Shown here in pieces: positions 50,278 to 57,080 of a stretch of 57,080 nt of DNA; position 1 is the first letter of the stretch; the number at the start of each line of letters is the position of its first letter. The notes below the pieces were generated by a model, which worked only from the letters and a program-made list of their open reading frames with translations, searched no databases and was not told where the DNA came from. Both the position numbers and the translations under genes were made by a program. Source of the DNA: Octopus bimaculoides (taxonomy: Eukaryota); contig NC_068986.1 of NCBI RefSeq assembly GCF_001194135.2, positions 71,017,888 through 71,074,967 on the forward strand, written 5' to 3'.

Positions 50278-51461
50278 CGAAGTGTTAGACGTTAGTCCTG
50301 CATCAGAAGATGAAAAGGAAAGTGAAACGTATAGTAAGAGCGAGAAAGAGAAATAGTCAGTTTATTAGAAGGAGAAAACAGAAAGGAGAGGGATAATTGT
50401 GGAAGGCGAAGTGTGATAAAGCATGGGGTATGCGATTCTATGGGGGGGGGGATGACGTAGATGAGTGTATCAGAGTGTGTCTTCGTCGGGATGCTATCAT
50501 AAGGATGAGTGCTGTGGGCTTGTTAGTGTATGTATGTATGTATGTATGTGTGTGTGTGAATGCATTTATGTATATAGATGTATGCAAATATAGAAATATA
50601 CTGGTATTGGCTGTAGGCATGTTGTTGCCGGTGTGTGTGTATGTGTGTGTGTAACTGTTAAGTTCGTAATGTAAAAGCGTAAACCTGAGGAGGTAAGGTC
50701 ATGTGCAAGAGTGTGAAAATAAAGGTGCTGATGATGAAGGGCACGAGATGACAAACGCAAGTAGATGTTATTGACGTGTTAAAATTCAAAAAATGAAAAA
50801 AAAAAAAATGTTTGAATTCCTACTGAAAAGAAAATTCTAAGCAATTGTTAAAATCTCTACCAACTTATAAAATACTTAGAAAAAATAGCAACGGATCCAG
50901 AAGATCACTAAAAGCCTTCAGAAAAAATGATACAACCCAAAATGAAGATGAAATGAGAAGTTGATCGAGAAGGTGGAAAACCAATGGTTGTTACGCAGGG
51001 GATACAAAGAGGAAGGAACAATGGTGGACGGAAATGAGAGAGGAACGAAATTATTATTTCGAGAGGAGTGGACACAGGTGGAAGAAAACAGCAGAAATGG
51101 CGTGTGTCTATGTGTTTTGACACGCTAAAAAGTGTGTATGTTGAAAGGGTGAGTGATGTTCAAATAGAAGTGACAGGTAGAAGGCAGGTTAGGAAATGGG
51201 TAATTAAAAGATGCCAATCAAAATAACGAGTGCCCGTATGTAGAAGAAAATGTGTGACTGTGAGTTTGCACGTGTGTGTGTATGAGTGTGTGGAAACTTG
51301 GTGTGTTTATGTGAATGTGCAGGTGTGAGACATGGATGGTAGGGAGGGCGAGTGTGTAGTGGAGGAGAAGAAAGAGTGTGTTCAGAAAGAATAGCTGCAG
51401 CAGAGAGAGGGAATATATAGACATTATATATTCCTGCATAAAAAACATATACCTGTGTATA

Positions 51462-51504
<43 letters not shown>

Positions 51505-52869
51505 GTAAATATACATTCATATGTGTGTGTGTGTGTGTGTGTGTGCGCGGTGCATGGCCACAGTCAAATGACTGAAACAAGTAAAAGAATATATATATAT
51601 ATATATATTTGTGTGCTATAAATATATATACATATATACATGTGTGAATATGCATGTACATATATGTGAGTTAGTTGACGATGTTACCAGATTATATATA
51701 ATATAAAGTACCCATCACTGGTGCACCATTCCTACATAGAAATGCATTAAAGCGTATGTATAGCCAACCATACGCAAGCCACCCATCCGCCCGCACACAT
51801 ATGTATTGTAAATTTTATCAATGGACACACACATTCATATACGCATAGATACATAAATAAGCGCACATACTGCAAATTTTATCAATAGACACACACATAC
51901 ATATGTTCGTATATGCAAAGATACATAAATACACATATCCACACACACATATATATGTTTGTTTTTTACTTAGGTAAACTAAATATTTGCAGTATGATCA
52001 TTGCGCTAAAACTCTGGAGAATGTCGAGGTTTTGAAGAAACTTACATTGGTGCCAGGCAAATTTGAAATGTGAATCTAAGTAGGTCAGTATGGTAACCGA
52101 TTGAAAATCAAATCAACGCAAACCTGTATGAAAAGAGAGAAAAAGAGACCTGATGCAAAATGATGTGCGTTGATGGAATTACGAATGTTGTGTATGAAGT
52201 TGAAATTCTATAAGGCAGGGGATGGATTGTCTACGTAAAAAATTCAGTGAAAGGAATTGCATAAACATTAATATTTATACATACAAGCACACACACACAC
52301 TCACACACACACACACACACACGCATGCAGATATACTTATCACGTTGCTAGCAGTGTGGAATAAATGTTGGTTTTTAATATTTGTGTGATTTAAATGTTT
52401 TATGAATACAATTTTTCTGAATGACATTTGATAAATGGGATTTTAGGAAAAAGGAAATCGAATCCTCAGTGGTGTTAAGCCTGCATAGATTATTGATCCC
52501 TACATATGCATAAACTTCGAAAAGTATATATATCGTAATTGTTTAATGACTAAATGTATGAAACTAATAAGCTATGACTATTTGCCAGCGGGGAAAATTT
52601 AGCAAAGAAGACATCGCACTATTTCTGAACAATTTATCCAGAACGAAGCATAAAGGAAGACAGAGTTGAGGATGGGGTAAGGAAGATGAAAAAGCATTAT
52701 AGGTTAAAAAATACGACTTGTTAAATTATTTAGCTTGAAGAATAATATTGTCATATAACTGGTTTACACGGTGATAAACATCATCATCAAACAATAGCTT
52801 TCCTATGTACAAGGTAATTATAATTTTTCGACAACAATTTTCAGTTGGTGTGAAGAAAGTGTTGTATCA

Positions 52870-53170
52870 CTGGGAGGAGTGGGTGCATACTGCAGGGCTG
52901 GGAAAAGAGAGCGCACATTGTTGGGGCGGTAAAAGAGGGTGCCCACTGTAGGACTGCAGAAGGGTATACAATACAGGGTTGGGAATAAAAAGAGCACAGG
53001 GAAAAGAGGACGCACCTTGAATGACTGGTGCAATTTCAGGGCTGGAAGTACGATAGAACATTGTAAGGTTGGGAGAAGAGATAACACATTGTAGTGCTGA
53101 AAAAAGGGGATGTATATTGTAGGACTGAAAGAAGACGCAATTGTAGTTCTGGGAGAGGGGGAACACATTG
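52870..53170. repeat. Degenerate ~27-28-bp minisatellite (ACATTGTAGGGCTGGGAAAAGAGAGCGC-like), about 10 units
   Basis: Recurrent ATTGTAGG.CTG / GGGCTGGGAA motifs. Confidence 0.7.
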
Positions 53171-54048
53171 GCGGATTGGATTAGTTGTTGAATAGCCTAG
53201 CACTAGCCTTGGCAATCAGTGTTCCTGAAATAGTTTGTTATTTAAGGGGATCTGTGGTCATGCTCACGAAAGCTAGTGTTAACTAAGCGTTAGCATGCTC
53301 TGTCACATTAACCAGACATTTAACTCACAGAAAGCAGTTATTGGTATCAGTTTAGTTACAGATGCTTATATGCCCAGGTTCTTGTAGAATTTTGGAATAT
53401 TTTTTTCTAAATTAATTTTCTGCGCGTTTTAAAATTGGCTTCCGTTAAAAAGTATGATGCTACGATAAAGGCCACCTGTTATACAAAGAAAGCAGGTTTT
53501 CATTCCGTGAAGGGTGTACAAGCCAAAGAGATGATAGCTTCAGTTGAGTTCGGTATTCATCATAACTTCGTAAAGAACATTAGATTTCTTATTAATCCAT
53601 AAATTAGCACTATATTTGAAGACTGTTTAACGAGTGGATTTTGTCTGTTCAGATATAGAATTACTAAAATAAATTGGTTACGTCAAATTAAAAGAATTAG
53701 ATTTTGTTGTTACCTTGGGTAGCCTCAAACTATTTATGTTCAGTAAAAATTATTTTGTCGTAGATATATCTAATGACCGCACCAATATCAGGGCTATTTT
53801 GGGTGATTAGTTAAACGGTGGCTTTCCGTTTGAAATCGGCGTATGATCCCTGAACGTAAATTTTTCTTTCAAACAGAAAGAGTTTAATGTTTACTTCATA
53901 CTAACTCGTCATTCTCAAGAGTTTATACGAAATATTATAATCATACTGTAAACGTATTATAACCATCCTGTAAACTCTTCATAGATAATATATTGAGTAC
54001 TTTTAATTTGAAAGAGGCTATTACTGATTTTCCCTACGGTTTTAATAA

Positions 54049-54086
<38 letters not shown>

Positions 54087-54389
54087 NNNNNNNNNNNNNN
54101 NNNNNNNNNNNNNNNNNNNNNNNNNNNNNNNNNNNNNNNNNNNNNNNNNNNNNNNNNNNNNNNNNNNNNNNNNNNNNNNNNNNNNNNNNNNNNNNNNNNN
54201 NNNNNNNNNNNNNNNNNNNNNNNNNNNNNNNNNNNNNNNNNNNNNNNNNNNNNNNNNNNNNNNNNNNNNNNNNNNNNNNNNNNNNNNNNNNNNNNNNNNN
54301 NNNNNNNNNNNNNNNNNNNNNNNNNNNNNNNNNNNNNNNNNNNNNNNNNNNNNNNNNNNNNNNNNNNNNNNNNNNNNNNNNNNNNNNNN

Positions 54390-54427
<38 letters not shown>

Positions 54428-55055
54428 AATTCCCAGAACAAACAATTAAAAAAACACAGAGAAAAAAGAAAAAAAACGAACGTGAGGACGTGCACAAGTG
54501 ATATATTAATTGGACGCTCGGTGAAAGGAGAGAGTTGTTAACGTTTCGTCAGAAAGAGAAAAGTTTAAAGAGAAAGAAAGGAAGATAAGGAAATGTCGCC
54601 AACAATCTATGTGCAATTACATTTCTGACGTGACCGGAAGTGGAAGGAGAAAGAGAAAGTGGTTTCTGGGAAAGGAGAGTTTCTTGGACATAGAGAGTAG
54701 ATCTGTGTGCGTGTTTTTTGCGTTGGTGAAAATGTCGCTGTGATAGGTTAATCGCAAGTTAGTAGCTGTAGTGAAAGGCTGTGTATCTGTGTGTGCATGT
54801 GTGTGTGTTTTTGCATGTCTGCGTAGATGGGGTTGTCAATAGGGAGTCAGTGGCAGACTTGAAAGTTGTGTGAATGTGTGGCTGTGGCTGTGTGTGTGTG
54901 TGTTGGCATGTGTACGTAGACGGAGTGGGAATGTGTGTGTATATGTGTGTGCACATGCATATGGGTGCGTCTGTGTCTCTGTGTGTTATTCTCTCTCTCT
55001 CTCACTATATATGTGTGTGTACATGTACACGGGCATACATATTTACCATGTATAT

Positions 55056-55400
55056 TTACACACAGACACATGCACATACACACGCACACACAAACATGCA
55101 GGCATAGTAAGGTAAAATATTAATTAATATAGGAAAAGTAGTATTAAAAATATGGACCATTTTGTCAAAAATATCAAAATGATCTGGAAACAAAGTAACA
55201 TATACAGAGCAGATGCAATGAAACAAGCTTTTGATTTTTGTGATTTGAGTTCCGCTTGTTAAAATGACATCTAAATCCATTTCAATGTATAAAATCTCAT
55301 CTCTGACATCTAGCCTGTTTAAAATTTTACCTATAGATGGTGGATAGTATGTTATTATGTAATCTATGAATTCATCGATAAGATTCAACCGAAGCAGCTG
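55056..55400 (-). other. Unassigned ~100-codon open frame with protein-like composition
   Basis: QLLRLNLIDEFIDYIITYYPPSIGKILNRLDVRDEILYIEMDLDVILTSGTQITKIKSLFHCICSVYVTLFPDHFDIFDKMVHIFNTTFPILINILP, open in AT-rich non-repeat sequence. No family recognised. Confidence 0.3.
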
Positions 55401-55432
55401 TCACAAATCATAAACGCCATCTGTGTTGTCTT

Positions 55433-55505
<73 letters not shown>

Positions 55506-55507
<2 letters not shown>

Positions 55508-56640
55508 CTAATTTAGAGACGAACCCCCATTCCACAACTCAGTTACTGAAGAACCCGTCCAAAACCATGCTGTGAGACATATACCGTACAAAATACTAAA
55601 CTAAATTTTTAATAATATATAATATTGAACAGTAAGATTATTACAATCATATAATATATAAGAACAAATACTTTTAAAATCATAGCGAATACCATACAAA
55701 AAAAAACATTCATCATAAAAATATTAATCTAAAAATCAAATAAAGTATTACTTGAACAATAAAAATTAATACAATAATATAATGTATAAAAGAAAGTACT
55801 TGTACATCGACTACGCGCGTTTCATGGCTGAATTAGGACTGTATAATATCATATAAGAAAACCATATCCAAGTTCATTAGAAAAGAAAAATGATTTTACT
55901 CCCAAAAGCAGTCACTCCTCNNNNNNNNNNCCCCCCCCCCCCCAAAAAAAAACAACAACCTAGATCTAAATGTTTAACTTAACTCATAATATGATAAGGA
56001 ATAAGAATAGGGAATAAAAACATATATAAAGAAACAAAACCTGTAATGTAATCCCTAAGTTACAGATATTAATATTATTATAAAAGTTACGAGCTAAAAA
56101 TATTCAAATAGAGTATTATTGTGAACAAGTTTATGGAAAAGGTAAATAAATGTAAATACGTGTTAGTGTATAAAGTTAATAAAGGACATATGTCGATATT
56201 GTTTTGAATAAACCATGAAACGCGCGTAGTCGATGTACAAGCACTTACTTTTATACATTATATTATTGTATTAATTTTTATTGTTCAATTCATACTTCAT
56301 TTGATTTTTAGATTAATACTTTTATGATGAATGTTTCTTAGTATGGTATTCACTGTGATTTTAAAAGTATTTGCTCTTATATGTTATATAATTGTAATAA
56401 TCTTACTGTTCAATACTATTATTATTCTGTTATACTATTATACTGTTCAATACTATTACTATTATACTATAATGCTATAGTATTAATACTCTTATACTAT
56501 AATACTAATACTATTATACTGTTCAATACTATTATTAAAATTTTAGATTAGTATTTTGTATGGTATAGGCTCGCAGCATGGTTTTGGACTGGTTCTTCAT
56601 TGACTGAGTTGTGGAATGGTGGTTCGTCTCTCAATTAGTT
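55506..56640. mobile_element. Inverted duplication (~320-bp arms) with hammerhead 3'-half motif, Penelope-like pseudo-LTR architecture
   Basis: 55506-55827 is the reverse complement of 56213-56640. The right arm carries an extra ~110 nt of TACTGTTCAATACTATTA-type tandem expansion. The inner ends contain GAAACGCGCGTAGTCGATGT. Confidence 0.75.
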
Positions 56641-56733
56641 ATATACATATATTATATATTACGAAATTCGGTCTAATACTATTATACTGAATTTTACGTG
56701 TAAGGTTTTTGTTTGAATAATAATTTATTCCCA

Positions 56734-56737
<4 letters not shown>

Positions 56738-56769
<32 letters not shown>

Positions 56770-57080
56770 NNNNNNNNNNTGCATATATATATATATATGA
56801 ATATATATATATACATGCATATATATATCCATATATACACATGCATAAATATATTCATATATATATATACATACATGCATATATGTATTCATATATATAT
56901 ACATGCATATATGTATTCATATATATATACATGCATATATATATATTCATATATATATACATATATGCATATATGTATTCATATATATACATACATGCAT
57001 ATATATTCATATATATATATATTCATATATATATATATATATTCATATATATATATATTCATATATATATATGTATATAT
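56738..57080. repeat. Compound (TA)n-based microsatellite/minisatellite
   Basis: Repeats of ATGCATATATGTATTCATATATATATAC-like units. Confidence 0.9.

Noticed and set aside
50920-51155. Purine-rich ~55-codon frame with a downstream G|GTGAGT donor
   Set aside because: No convincing acceptor, the frame stops before the donor, and purine-rich low-complexity DNA is naturally stop-poor.
19128-54541. Many long ORFs containing X runs or YI/HT/CV/ER repeats
   Set aside because: They are artefacts of N gaps and dinucleotide microsatellites, not coding sequence.
55545-55575. CTGAAGA...AAAACCATG as a hammerhead
   Set aside because: No credible stem II, and the core differs in the other arm.
1-57080. 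CRISPR arrays, rRNA or prokaryotic operon-like systems
   Set aside because: None seen. The sequence is eukaryotic intronic/intergenic DNA with no regularly spaced repeat-spacer structure.

Overview
AT-rich, microsatellite- and gap-rich animal genomic DNA. The SINE families and repeat landscape point to a coleoid cephalopod, probably Octopus (inference). One protein-coding gene is clear: a Shaw/Kv3-type voltage-gated K+ channel on the + strand. Its S1-S6 exon is at 10222-11154, and its T1-encoding exon is not in the window. Unannotated phase-1 exon candidates at 12832-12993 and 15894-15982 would give it a longer, alternatively spliced C-terminus. A 270-nt exon-like segment with two TAA stops lies at 18755-19024. 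The rest is a 31-bp degenerate satellite plus decayed transposons: Chapaev3, hAT, maT/Tc1/mariner, RTE, CR1-like, R4/Dong, Penelope and tRNA-derived SINEs. The most unusual signals are (i) minimal type I hammerhead-ribozyme motifs from several distinct families, mostly within long inverted duplications of Penelope-like architecture, (ii) channel codons that A-to-I editing would return to family consensus, and (iii) local templated duplications and inversions. All family calls come from by-eye motif recognition. No database search was run and identity figures are visual estimates.
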